A stretch of 29,040 nucleotides of DNA from an uncultured Eubacteriales bacterium (GCA_900556575.1 USPO01000001.1:1-29040); one strand, 5' to 3'. Shown: positions 8,299 through 17,996, counted from the stretch's first letter. Notes: generated by a model not told the origin, from the sequence alone. Made by a program: numbers and translations.

Positions 8299-9408
8299 TT
8301 ACCTTGTGTTCTCAATATTCTCGAAAACTATAATATCAACCGCAGTTTTATCCACTACTCTTACAAGTGCAGCATTGTAGTCGTATTCTGAACTGTAAGT
8401 AATATTATCATCTTCGTCATAAGCAATTCTTGGAATTGTCGACTTTGCAATTTCATTTGCCGAGGCAATATAAGGATCAGCCTTTGATGCCATGTCATAA
8501 ATATATGTAACAGTTTTATTGGTATAGTCAATATCAAATGAATTGCTTCTCTTTCCGTCTCCCGAATACAGCTTCAATATATTATTACCCTTATCTGCTA
8601 TAATTCCCATGACATATGTTCTGTCATTTGTCAGTTTGCCTCCCGCATACACCTGTGATGCCACGCTTCCGCTGTTAAAGAATTCTGCAAATGTCGGTGT
8701 TCCTTTCATTATATCAGACGGACGGTAAATCAAATCAATTCCACGAACTGTATCACCGCTTATATTTGTCCTGAAATAGACTACATCTCCCTTTTTAAGT
8801 GAGTATGCCTGCTGTCCTTTCATGAACGAATATGCCTGTGGTGCGTTTTCTATTACCTTATCATCATAAACAGGCACCTTTATCTCCTGACCCTGCATTA
8901 AAACAGTCAATGCACAGTAATCCTCGCCTCCGTTTGTTTCACTTGCAACCTCGGTTACAATTCCGGGTGCAGTCGCCTGGTCAATCTCTCTTGTATATGA
9001 CGGGTTGAGCGGCTTTCGTGTTGATGCCGGTGAGACTGTCGGCTGTGCCGTTGTCTCCGGTTTTTCGCTCGGCTGCGATGTTGTTTCCGGTGAAGTGCTT
9101 TCCTGCGGTTCTTCGCTCGGTGCTGTATCCGGATTCGGATTTATCTCATATACTGTTCCATTCATGTCAAACAGCTTTACCGATGTAAGTTCCGGCTGAA
9201 TTTCTATTACGTAGCTGCCGTTTTCTGCCTTTGCCTGTGAGGCATACTTTAATATGCCTTCACTGTCATATCCGGTTACAATTATGGTATCCGCCATTCC
9301 CACCTGCTGTTCTATCGTAATTTTATCAGCTGCCGAAATATTTTCATCAGCATAAACCGGCGCCGCCGCTATAATAAATGCAGCCGCTGCCATTACTAAT
9401 TTTTTCAT
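8299..9408 (-). CDS. Secreted protein with P/S/T/E linker and a C-terminal domain resembling the S-layer protein C-terminus
   Basis: Signal peptide MKKLVMAAAAFIIAAAPVYA; low-complexity linker; colinear motif similarity to 21719-22470 (see findings). Confidence 0.8.
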   Translation of the reverse strand: MKKLVMAAAAFIIAAAPVYADENISAADKITIEQQVGMADTIIVTGYDSEGILKYASQAKAENGSYVIEIQPELTSVKLFDMNGTVYEINPNPDTAPSEEPQESTSPETTSQPSEKPETTAQPTVSPASTRKPLNPSYTREIDQATAPGIVTEVASETNGGEDYCALTVLMQGQEIKVPVYDDKVIENAPQAYSFMKGQQAYSLKKGDVVYFRTNISGDTVRGIDLIYRPSDIMKGTPTFAEFFNSGSVASQVYAGGKLTNDRTYVMGIIADKGNNILKLYSGDGKRSNSFDIDYTNKTVTYIYDMASKADPYIASANEIAKSTIPRIAYDEDDNITYSSEYDYNAALVRVVDKTAVDIIVFENIENTR

Positions 9409-9445
9409 CGTATTTTACTTTTACCCTTTCTCATACATTTCTAAA

Positions 9446-10609
9446 TTACTCGTTCTTTAACTTTTTTGCGGATAGTGATGCAATAAACTGCTTTGCACAT
9501 CTTCCGTTTCTTCCGCCGTAATTCATCTGCCATACTATTGCCTGCTTTTCAAGCTCGCCTGTCATTTCTATACCTTTTTCATTAAGCATAGACTTAACAA
9601 TATTCAAGTACTCCTTCTGATTAGGTGCTACGAATACAAGACTCAAACCGAAACGCTCTGCAAGCGACATTGTTTCCTGTATCTGGTCATTTCTGTGTAT
9701 CTCGCCGCCGTCACGGTCCGCCCATGTTTCACGAATCAAGTGACGTCTGTTAGATGTTGCGTATATAATTACATTGGACGGATTTGCCTGAAGCTGTCCT
9801 TCCATTGCAATCTTCAAGTTTCTGTATTCACTCTCATGTGTTTCAAATGATAAATCATCAAGGAATATGATGTATTTATGCGGTTTGCCCGCCAGGTATT
9901 TTGAAAGCCTTGGTATATCCTTTATGTACTGCTTTGGAATTTCAATAATTCTTAACCCGTCCTTATGGAACATATTAAGCAAAGCTTTAACAGATGAAGA
10001 TTTTCCGGTTCCTCTGTCACCAAAAAGCAATACATTGTTTGCCGGCTTTCCTTCAATAAATGAACGTGTATTATCAATAAGCATATTACGCTGATAATCA
10101 ATTCCGACAAGTGAGTCGAAAGAAATCAAATCAACGTCCGCTATTCCTTCAAGTTCTCCGTCATACTTAAATGCAATGTACTTTGATGTTAAACCGCAGC
10201 CAAGGTTTTTATAATGGTCAATAAGCCTTTCCGTAAGTTCATCGGCTGTCTGTGCATATGTCAATGCACGAATTGAATTAATGTATTCATCGCAGTAGCC
10301 TGTCGGATTTCCCGAAGCCTTATATTTTATATTTTTCTTTGAGAACAGATTTTTGTATATAGAAGCAATATCCGCAGCAAGCATTCTCATAAGATCCTCG
10401 CCTACCTTACCGCCTCTTTGAAAAATATTAGAAACTATATTCTCATCATTAGCAAGGTATGATGCGGCATATTCACGGATACAGTCATCCGTTACACCCT
10501 CAGTCTCCGCAAACTGAACCATACCGCGCAGCAGCTTATAGCTGTCACGTTCCATCAGGCTTTTTATACATTCATCCTGTTCTATATCGTTTATAACTAT
10601 TAAATCCAT
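9446..10609 (-). CDS. DUF815-family AAA+ ATP-binding protein
   Basis: NNVLLFGDRGTGKSS (Walker A), IIFLDDLSF (Walker B), IYATSNRRHL, SLAERFGL. Confidence 0.9.
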   Translation of the reverse strand: MDLIVINDIEQDECIKSLMERDSYKLLRGMVQFAETEGVTDDCIREYAASYLANDENIVSNIFQRGGKVGEDLMRMLAADIASIYKNLFSKKNIKYKASGNPTGYCDEYINSIRALTYAQTADELTERLIDHYKNLGCGLTSKYIAFKYDGELEGIADVDLISFDSLVGIDYQRNMLIDNTRSFIEGKPANNVLLFGDRGTGKSSSVKALLNMFHKDGLRIIEIPKQYIKDIPRLSKYLAGKPHKYIIFLDDLSFETHESEYRNLKIAMEGQLQANPSNVIIYATSNRRHLIRETWADRDGGEIHRNDQIQETMSLAERFGLSLVFVAPNQKEYLNIVKSMLNEKGIEMTGELEKQAIVWQMNYGGRNGRCAKQFIASLSAKKLKNE

Positions 10610-10690
10610 TGTAACTCATGCTCCTTTATATCCTATGTCCGGCATAGCCGTATTAAAAAAGCCTTAAATACAAGCTTGCCAATACTATAT

Positions 10691-10719
10691 ATTATACCAC
10701 ATTCATTACATGATTGCAA
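10691..10719 (-). promoter_or_regulatory. SigA promoter for the DUF815 gene run
   Basis: TTGCAA, 17-nt spacer, TATAAT with TG extension. Confidence 0.7.
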
Positions 10720-10755
10720 CAAAAATATTAAAAAACTTAACTTTTATCAATACTT

Positions 10756-10937
10756 TTGTACACTTTTATTCGACATAATTGTACACTTTAACGGTTAAAT
10801 TCATATGCAGGCAACATTTCTGTTACATTAGATTAGTTCCCAGTAAATTATTTTCACCTTCGTTTACTCGATACACAAAATATTTTTGTACTTTTTACCA
10901 AAAAACTATGTACAAACTGTTAATTGTATGGTATAAT
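10756..10937 (+). promoter_or_regulatory. Extended -10 promoter with upstream TGTAC direct-repeat pairs (candidate activator sites)
   Basis: TGGTATAAT at 10929-10937; TTGTACACTTT at 10756 and 10779; TTGTAC at 10886 and ATGTAC at 10908, the last overlapping the -35 position. Confidence 0.55.
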
Positions 10938-11001
10938 AATTATAGTTTGTTTATATCCTCTTACGAGGAGAAAATTTATATTAGAGGGAGAGAAAACTAA
11001 T

Positions 11002-14000
11002 ATGAACAATTTTTTTAAGAAATCCATAGCCGCCGTTTCCGCCGCCGCTATGGTCGGAAGCTTAGGACTAGTGCCGATTACGGTTTCAGCTGCAACAGTG
11101 TGGTACAGCCAGGACTTTACCGGCGCCGCTTCAACGATAATGACATCACCAAGTGCACAGGCGCAGGTGAAAATAGCTTCTGACGATACACACGGTGAAT
11201 ATCTTTCATATGATTTTACCGGAGTTACTCCAAATTCCCGTGGAGCATCAATGGATTTTACGGGTGTTGATGTTACAGCTGAAGACAAATATATTATTGA
11301 GTTCGATCAGTTAATGACACCCGGAAATAATCAGTCGACTCAGATGGCGATAAAAGGAACTGATTTTAAAAATAGCAGCGGAAATATAAACTACGGTGCT
11401 GACAGCGGTTATGTTTTAAAGCTTATTAATTCAGGCGGCGGTTCAACTTCATATAAATTAAATGATACAGCGGATGTTACTATTCCGTCAGGTGAATGGT
11501 GTCACTATAAATTATATGTAGATAAAACTCAGCAGCTTGTTTCAACTACTATTACGAGTGATTCAAGTACAACTATTGCTGATAAGGTTGCAACAGCATA
11601 TAATGGTTCAGGTAATGTATCCGGTCTTTATTGGCTCGGAGGAAGATATTATCCGGTACAGTCCATTGATAATATAAATGTAAGGGCAGTGGCAGACGGT
11701 GATGATTTTGGAACCCTTGGTGAAGAAAAGCTGTCAAGTGCAAAATTTACAAAGCAGCTTAATATTTCAATACCGCAGCCGGCACTTGATTCATCTGTTG
11801 ATTATCCGATAGAAATTAAGGCTACCGGAGGATATGGCGGAGATTTAACAGATAAGGTTAATGTTGAATGGTCTATTGTTGGTCTTGACAACGAGGATGG
11901 ATATGTAAAATTTACTTCAGACGGTACAAAAGCTAATTTAAATGTAAGAAACGGTGTTTCTAACTATTATGGATATGTTAAGGCAGTTGTATCTTACGGA
12001 GATGAAACAGAAACATTGATAACACCATATGCAATTATCGGTGCAAATTCTACAAGTGAAACACAGCTTGTACCGAAGGCAGGTTATCCGGATAGTATGG
12101 ATAGCTATGTTGATTCATTAGTTGGATATGAGGGCACATCAAAGGATATAACCTCACAGGATTTGGTGCTTAACAATTGGTCAATCTACGGTTCAAACAG
12201 TGCAAGAACAATGAAGCTTGTTAAGGATGATGACAGTACAAAATCAATTGAATTTGCATCAAACGGCGGAGGCGGCTCAACAGTTGCCGTTTACCAGTGG
12301 GCAGATCAGACAAGCCAGTATATTATGAAGTTCAGAACAAAGTTTATAGCATCAATGAGTTTTGGTGTATATGCGAATACACCGAATAATTCTAATAGCA
12401 ATGCTGAGTGGGCAGCTTCATTTAATGGCGGTTCAATTGTGGCAGGAACAGAAACAATTGAAGGTGTAAATGCAAATGAATGGGTGGATATAGTAGTATC
12501 TGCTGATCCTAGTGTTCAGAAGTATTCTATTGCAGCTTATAAAACAGACGGTACATTAATAGGAAGTGCTTCGGATATTGATATGGCAAATAATGATTCA
12601 GTACAGAAGTATTTCTGTTTCATGGGTACATATCCGTTCTATCTGAACTCATTCAAGGCATACAAGCCGTCAATTTCATCAATTTTTGTTAATTCTGCGG
12701 AAGATGTAGTAAAGGTTCCGGAAACAGGAGAAGAGGCTAAGACTGTAGATTTATCAGCGGCACTTGCAGATGAGGACGGAACAAAAATCACAGGAGCTGT
12801 TAATTGGTCATTGGCTGATGAATATGCAAATGTTGAATTAACATCGACAGGTGCCCAGACAGCTGTATTAAAGGTTAGTCCGGGAGCATCGGGAGAAATT
12901 GAAGTAGTAGCATCAAAGGACGGTAAGCAGGCATCAAAGAAAATTCAGCTTACAACGTCAGCAAATGTTGTTGCATTTACAAAGTCAGCATCATCATTAA
13001 CAATTCCATTTACAGGTGAAGATGCCGTAACAGCTGATTTCACAGCAGAAACAAGAAATGGAAATGGTGAAACAATAGACGGCGGAACTATTACATATTC
13101 ACTCCTTGCAAAGGATGGAGTAACAGAAACAACAGTTAAGGGTGTAACATTTGAAAATGGAAAGCTTACAGTTGCACCGGGTGCATCACCTGCAATTGTA
13201 TATGTGAAAGCGACAAATGCGGAAGGACTTTCAACAAAGGTTAAGGTAAATATTCATGGTCTTTCGTTTGCTTTCGGTTCACAGGAACCGGCAGACGGAT
13301 ATACTCAGGTAACTGATACAGTATATACAGAGAAACTTGGATATGGATTTATGACAACAGACGGAATGACTGTAAATGAAGATAATGTAACAGCCGATAA
13401 GGCATATAGATTTAAGGCAGCAGTTCCGAACGGTAACTATACTGTAACAGTTGATACAACATCAGCGACTATGACATCAGAGGTTGTCGAATCGGTATCC
13501 GCAACAACAGGAATTTCAAAGTCAGGCTCAACATTTAGTGTTGCTGTTTGTGACGGTGTACTTGACCTCACATTCCTTGCCGATTCATCTGTTAAATCAT
13601 TAAGCATTGCACAGGCAGCTGCAAAGAATAAGCTTGCAAAGCCTATGGTATATGCAATAGGTGACTCAACAACAAATAATACAGGAAACGGTGCTTGCTC
13701 ATGGGGTAATGCTGTTACAGGAGGAAAAGTTACTGTTCCTGATGTATTCCTTAACTTCTCAAATAATGGTATGGCAGGACGTGATTCTGTAAACTTCTAT
13801 AATCAGGGAAGAGTAGAGGCAGTATTGCTTAATGTTTGCCCGGGAGATTATGTAACTGTTAATATGGGTATAAACTCAAAGGAAGTAGGAGAGGCAGCTG
13901 CGTACTATACATTAATGAGTGATTATTATGTAGAAGGCATTATTCAGAGAGGTGCAATACCGGTAATTGTAACAGCAACTCCGGATGGTCCGGTAGGAAA

Positions 14001-14589
14001 CAATGTGAATGCTGATTATGATTCTTCAACAGGAAAGTTCACAAATAACCGCGGTGACGGTGCAAAAAATAATGAATTAAGAAGAATAGCACAAGAGAAA
14101 AACTTAAATAAAATTGAGCTTGGACAGTGGGGAGAGGATTATTTCAATTCGCTTACAATGGATGATGTAAACGCTTATAATGAAGCTAACGGAACATCAT
14201 ATACTTCAGTACTTGAATTGGTTCAGAGCTGGTATGTAGACCACAACCACTATAAAGAACCACTTGGAATAAAATTCGGTGAATATATTTTGAGTCAATT
14301 AGAAAGTATAGCCAACACCTCGAAAGTCCCTGATGTAACAGTAACTTCAATAGGTGACTTCACAAGCGGCAGCGGCGATTGTGCAAGAGCTTACAAGGGC
14401 GAATTTACCGGAAATGGTATTACAGTAAGTACAATTACATGGACGGTAAAAAGTCAAGACAGCAAAAATAGTATACAAAAAAGCGGAAATCTCCTAAGTG
14501 TTTCAGGTAATTCAACGTATGTTGCAGGATTAATTGTAACGACAGATGATTTAAACAAAATCGGAGATGTTTCAGCAGAATTAAAGTAA
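11002..14589 (+). CDS. Large secreted multidomain SGNH/GDSL esterase, rhamnogalacturonan/pectin acetylesterase (CE12)-like, 1195 aa
   Basis: ATG 11002 follows GAGGGAG; signal peptide ends VSA; beta-rich N-terminal and Ig-like domains; YxiM-like pre-domain (FAFGS..GYGF..VPNGNYTVTV); SGNH blocks IGDST, NNGMAGR, VNMGIN and DHNH. Confidence 0.85.
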   Translation: MNNFFKKSIAAVSAAAMVGSLGLVPITVSAATVWYSQDFTGAASTIMTSPSAQAQVKIASDDTHGEYLSYDFTGVTPNSRGASMDFTGVDVTAEDKYIIEFDQLMTPGNNQSTQMAIKGTDFKNSSGNINYGADSGYVLKLINSGGGSTSYKLNDTADVTIPSGEWCHYKLYVDKTQQLVSTTITSDSSTTIADKVATAYNGSGNVSGLYWLGGRYYPVQSIDNINVRAVADGDDFGTLGEEKLSSAKFTKQLNISIPQPALDSSVDYPIEIKATGGYGGDLTDKVNVEWSIVGLDNEDGYVKFTSDGTKANLNVRNGVSNYYGYVKAVVSYGDETETLITPYAIIGANSTSETQLVPKAGYPDSMDSYVDSLVGYEGTSKDITSQDLVLNNWSIYGSNSARTMKLVKDDDSTKSIEFASNGGGGSTVAVYQWADQTSQYIMKFRTKFIASMSFGVYANTPNNSNSNAEWAASFNGGSIVAGTETIEGVNANEWVDIVVSADPSVQKYSIAAYKTDGTLIGSASDIDMANNDSVQKYFCFMGTYPFYLNSFKAYKPSISSIFVNSAEDVVKVPETGEEAKTVDLSAALADEDGTKITGAVNWSLADEYANVELTSTGAQTAVLKVSPGASGEIEVVASKDGKQASKKIQLTTSANVVAFTKSASSLTIPFTGEDAVTADFTAETRNGNGETIDGGTITYSLLAKDGVTETTVKGVTFENGKLTVAPGASPAIVYVKATNAEGLSTKVKVNIHGLSFAFGSQEPADGYTQVTDTVYTEKLGYGFMTTDGMTVNEDNVTADKAYRFKAAVPNGNYTVTVDTTSATMTSEVVESVSATTGISKSGSTFSVAVCDGVLDLTFLADSSVKSLSIAQAAAKNKLAKPMVYAIGDSTTNNTGNGACSWGNAVTGGKVTVPDVFLNFSNNGMAGRDSVNFYNQGRVEAVLLNVCPGDYVTVNMGINSKEVGEAAAYYTLMSDYYVEGIIQRGAIPVIVTATPDGPVGNNVNADYDSSTGKFTNNRGDGAKNNELRRIAQEKNLNKIELGQWGEDYFNSLTMDDVNAYNEANGTSYTSVLELVQSWYVDHNHYKEPLGIKFGEYILSQLESIANTSKVPDVTVTSIGDFTSGSGDCARAYKGEFTGNGITVSTITWTVKSQDSKNSIQKSGNLLSVSGNSTYVAGLIVTTDDLNKIGDVSAELK

Positions 14590-14597
14590 AATAAGTA

Positions 14598-14636
14598 TAC
14601 AAAAACGACTGCGGCAATGCCGCAGTCGTTTTTGTA
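14598..14636. terminator. Bidirectional intrinsic terminator
   Basis: TACAAAAACGACTGCGGCA-A-TGCCGCAGTCGTTTTTGTA perfect inverted repeat between convergent genes. Confidence 0.9.
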
Positions 14637-15821
14637 TTATTTCCCTATTTTAATTATCTCATCAAGCAATGCATTTGCAGCAGCTGATTTTGACATTATA
14701 TCAAGTTCCTTTATTTCATCATGCGTAATCAATGTTATTACATTCGTATCTGTCCCAAAACCCGCTCCCTTTGTTTTCAGATTATTTGCAGCTATTATAT
14801 CTATATTTTTCTTCTCAAGCTTTGTCCTAGAATTTTCTATCAAATTTTCTGTTTCCATAGAAAATCCACATAATACCTGCCCTTCTCTTCTGTTTTTTCC
14901 GAGCCATGCCAAAATATCTGTTGTTCTTTCAAGCTTGATTTCGGAATTGCCGTCCTTTTTCTTTATTTTATTATCTGCAACTGTTACCGGTCTGTAATCG
15001 GCAACTGCTGCCGCCTTTATTATAATATCCTGCTCATTTGCACGCTCACTCACTGCCCTGAACATATCCTCGGCACTGACTACCGAAACAAAATCCACAA
15101 ACGGAACTGGCCTTAATGCTGTTTTTCCGCTTACAAGCGTTACATTCGCACCACGCTGCATTGCCGCTCTTGCAATTGCATATCCCATTTTTCCGGTTGA
15201 ATGATTTGTGATATAGCGTACCGGATCTATTGCCTCCTGTGTTGCTCCGGCGGTTACGAGAAGCTTTTTCCCCTTTAAATCCTTCTCGTGAGAAATTTCT
15301 TTCATGATATATTCATACAATAAGCTCTCCTCCGGCATTCTCCCGTCTCCCATATCACCGTTTGCAAGCATACCATGTGCCGGTTCGACAATCTCATATC
15401 CAAATCGTGCAAGCTTTTTTAAATTATCCTGCACTATCGGATTATGATACATATTATGATTCATTGCCGGTGCAATAATTTTATGACACGTACAAGCCAT
15501 TACAGTAGTAGTCAGCATATCATCAGCAATTCCGTTTGCAATTTTTCCTATCACATTCGCACTTGCCGGTGCAATCATTACAACATCCGCTGCCTTTGCA
15601 AGAGCAACGTGCTCTACACTGTATTGAAAATTTCGGTCAAATGTATCTATAAGACATTTATTAGCCGTTAATGTTTCAAATGTTATCGGATTTATAAAGT
15701 TTTTTGCATTTTCCGTCATAAGCACATGAACATTTATCCCCTGTTTTTTCAGCATACGGGCAAGATTTGGGATTTTATACGCAGCAATTCCGCCGCTTAC
15801 ACATAATAATACTGTTTTCAT
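14637..15821 (-). CDS. coaBC: Bifunctional phosphopantothenoylcysteine decarboxylase/ligase
   Basis: GGIAAYK, APASANVIGKIANGIADD, PAMNHNM, TAGATQEAIDPVRYITNHSTGKMG, AAAVADY. Confidence 0.97.
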   Translation of the reverse strand: MKTVLLCVSGGIAAYKIPNLARMLKKQGINVHVLMTENAKNFINPITFETLTANKCLIDTFDRNFQYSVEHVALAKAADVVMIAPASANVIGKIANGIADDMLTTTVMACTCHKIIAPAMNHNMYHNPIVQDNLKKLARFGYEIVEPAHGMLANGDMGDGRMPEESLLYEYIMKEISHEKDLKGKKLLVTAGATQEAIDPVRYITNHSTGKMGYAIARAAMQRGANVTLVSGKTALRPVPFVDFVSVVSAEDMFRAVSERANEQDIIIKAAAVADYRPVTVADNKIKKKDGNSEIKLERTTDILAWLGKNRREGQVLCGFSMETENLIENSRTKLEKKNIDIIAANNLKTKGAGFGTDTNVITLITHDEIKELDIMSKSAAANALLDEIIKIGK

Positions 15822-15927
15822 TTTATTCTCCTTCGCAATTATGTTAGGTTTTTAATAATTCCTAATTAATTTATGCTTCAATTATACCACAAAATCAAAA
15901 AAAATAAAAGTATTTATCAAAAATATA

Positions 15928-15956
15928 TTGCAAAAAATTAGAATAGGTGTTACAAT
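15928..15956 (+). promoter_or_regulatory. SigA promoter for coaX-blaI
   Basis: TTGCAA, 17-nt spacer, TACAAT; a divergent extended -10 (TGGTATAAT) for coaBC lies at 15881-15889 on -. Confidence 0.6.
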
Positions 15957-15998
15957 AATATAGTAAACAGTATTTATATAGAAAGGTAACAATCAAAA

Positions 15999-16769
15999 AT
16001 GGTATTGACGATAGATATAGGCAACACAAACATTGTATTTGGATGCAGTAAAGGTGATAAAATTTTATTTATAGAACGAATTGCCACAAGAACAACATCA
16101 ACAGATACGGAGTATGCAATTCTTTTCAAGAATGTACTTGACATTCATTCAATCAAGCTGACAGACATTGCTGGAGGAATTATTTCCTCCGTCGTCCCCT
16201 CGGCTACAAACCTCGTGAAACGTGCGGTAAAAAAGCTTGCCGACATTGATATACTTGTAGTAGGTCCCGGAATTAAAACCGGATTAAAGATACTTATGGA
16301 TAATCCCGCACAGCTCGGAAGTGACCTTGTTGTAGATGCAGTTGCAGGAATTGCCGAATATCCTGTTCCGCTTATTATTATAGACTTCGGAACTGCCACT
16401 ACATTTTCAGTCATAAACAAAAACAAGGAGTACTGGGGTGGTGTAATAATGCCTGGAGTTCGTGTTTCACACGATTCACTTGTTGGACGAACCGCACAGC
16501 TGCCAAAAATAAGTCTTGAAGCACCTAAGCACGTTATCGGCAAAAATACAATCGATTGTATGAAAAGCGGACTTGTTCTTGCCGCCGCATCAAGTATCGA
16601 TGGAATGATAGAAAAGATAGAGGATGAGCTTGGCTGTGACGCAAATGTAGTTGCAACAGGCGGACTTGCTTCTACAATCATTCCTTTATGCAAGCGTGAC
16701 ATTCAGATTGATGATATGCTGCTATTAAAAGGACTTATGATTATTTACAACAAGAATAAAACCAACTAA
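15999..16769 (+). CDS. coaX: Type III pantothenate kinase
   Basis: IDIGNTN, ISSVVP, LGSDL, IIDFGTATT, GGVIMPG, VVATGG. Confidence 0.95.
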   Translation: MVLTIDIGNTNIVFGCSKGDKILFIERIATRTTSTDTEYAILFKNVLDIHSIKLTDIAGGIISSVVPSATNLVKRAVKKLADIDILVVGPGIKTGLKILMDNPAQLGSDLVVDAVAGIAEYPVPLIIIDFGTATTFSVINKNKEYWGGVIMPGVRVSHDSLVGRTAQLPKISLEAPKHVIGKNTIDCMKSGLVLAAASSIDGMIEKIEDELGCDANVVATGGLASTIIPLCKRDIQIDDMLLLKGLMIIYNKNKTN

Positions 16770-16784
16770 GAAAGGAAAATCACC

Positions 16785-17147
16785 ATGCTTTACGATTCAG
16801 AACGAAAGCTTATGTCGGTATTGTGGAAAGAAGGCAGCATTAAAGCAACTGACCTTGCAAAAATTATGAATGAAAAAATCGGCTGGAACAGGAATACAAC
16901 ATATACGATGATAAAAAAATGCATTGAAAAGAACCTGATTAAACGAAGTGAACCGGGATATATATGTTCTCCGTTAGTTTCACGCAAACAGGTTCAAAAA
17001 TCCGAAGCAGAAGAATTGCTCGAACGCAGCTTTAACGGTAACATCATGAAAATGTTTTCTGTAATGGCAGGACTTAAACCTCTGAGTAAATACGAGGTCA
17101 AAGAAATTAAAAAGCTTTTAAAAGACAAGGTTAAGGAAAAGAAATGA
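16785..17147 (+). CDS. BlaI/MecI/CopY-family transcriptional regulator
   Basis: SERKLMSVLW, W-N-x-N-TTYTMIKKCIEK winged HTH, ELLERSFNG; 120 aa; RBS GAAAGGA. Confidence 0.9.
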   Translation: MLYDSERKLMSVLWKEGSIKATDLAKIMNEKIGWNRNTTYTMIKKCIEKNLIKRSEPGYICSPLVSRKQVQKSEAEELLERSFNGNIMKMFSVMAGLKPLSKYEVKEIKKLLKDKVKEKK

Positions 17148-17151
17148 ATAA

Positions 17152-17198
17152 AAATAAAAAAGCTGATACTGTATCAATGTAGTATCAGCTTTTTTATT
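17152..17198. terminator. Bidirectional terminator between blaI-like gene and trpA
   Basis: AATAAAAAAGCTGATACT..AGTATCAGCTTTTTTATT inverted repeat. Confidence 0.85.
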
Positions 17199-17201
17199 TG
17201 T

Positions 17202-17996
17202 TTAGCTATCCAATCCGTTCCTTAAATCCTTAAGCTTTGCTTTAAGATTATCCATTCTTTCCTCAATACTGCTGCCTGATGCAATTGCTTTCACTATCGC
17301 ACTTCCCACAATTGCTCCGTCACAATATTGACTCAATTCCTTCGCCTTTGCACCGTTTGAAATTCCAAAACCGATACAAGCCGGAACCTTTGCATATTTC
17401 TTTATTGTACCGAAGAACTCATTAAAGTTTGTTTCAAATGATGACTTTTCACCAGTTACACCCAATGACGATACACAGTACAAAAATCCCTTTGCATTTT
17501 CCGCTATCATCTGTACCCTGTCATGTGAAGTAGGTGATACCATAAATATCTGGTATACTCCGTATTTATCAACATATTCCTCAACGTCTGCTCTTTCCTC
17601 ATACGGCAAATCAGGAATTATTAAACCGTCAACACCTACCTCCGCACATTTTTTGAAAAAACTTTCAACTCCGTACTGTACCATAATGTTATAGTATAAT
17701 AGGAATACCATAGGTATTTTTATTTCATCACGAATTTCCGCAACCATATCGAATACTTTAAATATATCAGTACCTCCGGCAATCGCTCTTTCGTCTGCCG
17801 CCTGAATTACTAATCCGTCCGCTGCCGGATCTGAAAACGGAACTCCAAGCTCTATTAAATCCACTCCCTCTTCCTGCATGGTTCTTATTGCCTGCTTACT
17901 TACATCTATATCCGGATCTCCTACTGTCAAAAATGTTATAAGAGCCTTTTTACCTGAGTTTTTCACTTCAGCTAAATGCGTATCTATTCTATTCAT
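17202..17996 (-). CDS. trpA: Tryptophan synthase alpha subunit
   Basis: IELGVPFSDPAADGLVIQ, IIPDLP, SLGVTG, GFGIS, DGAIVGSA. Confidence 0.97.
   Translation of the reverse strand: MNRIDTHLAEVKNSGKKALITFLTVGDPDIDVSKQAIRTMQEEGVDLIELGVPFSDPAADGLVIQAADERAIAGGTDIFKVFDMVAEIRDEIKIPMVFLLYYNIMVQYGVESFFKKCAEVGVDGLIIPDLPYEERADVEEYVDKYGVYQIFMVSPTSHDRVQMIAENAKGFLYCVSSLGVTGEKSSFETNFNEFFGTIKKYAKVPACIGFGISNGAKAKELSQYCDGAIVGSAIVKAIASGSSIEERMDNLKAKLKDLRNGLDS

Noticed and set aside
10924..11001. N-terminal extensions in the ORF track (also 8244, 18614, 20483, 24823, 26137, 27197, 4001)
   Set aside because: Downstream ATGs have proper SD sequences and give normal N-termini or signal peptides; the trpD extension is the TRAP repeat tract.
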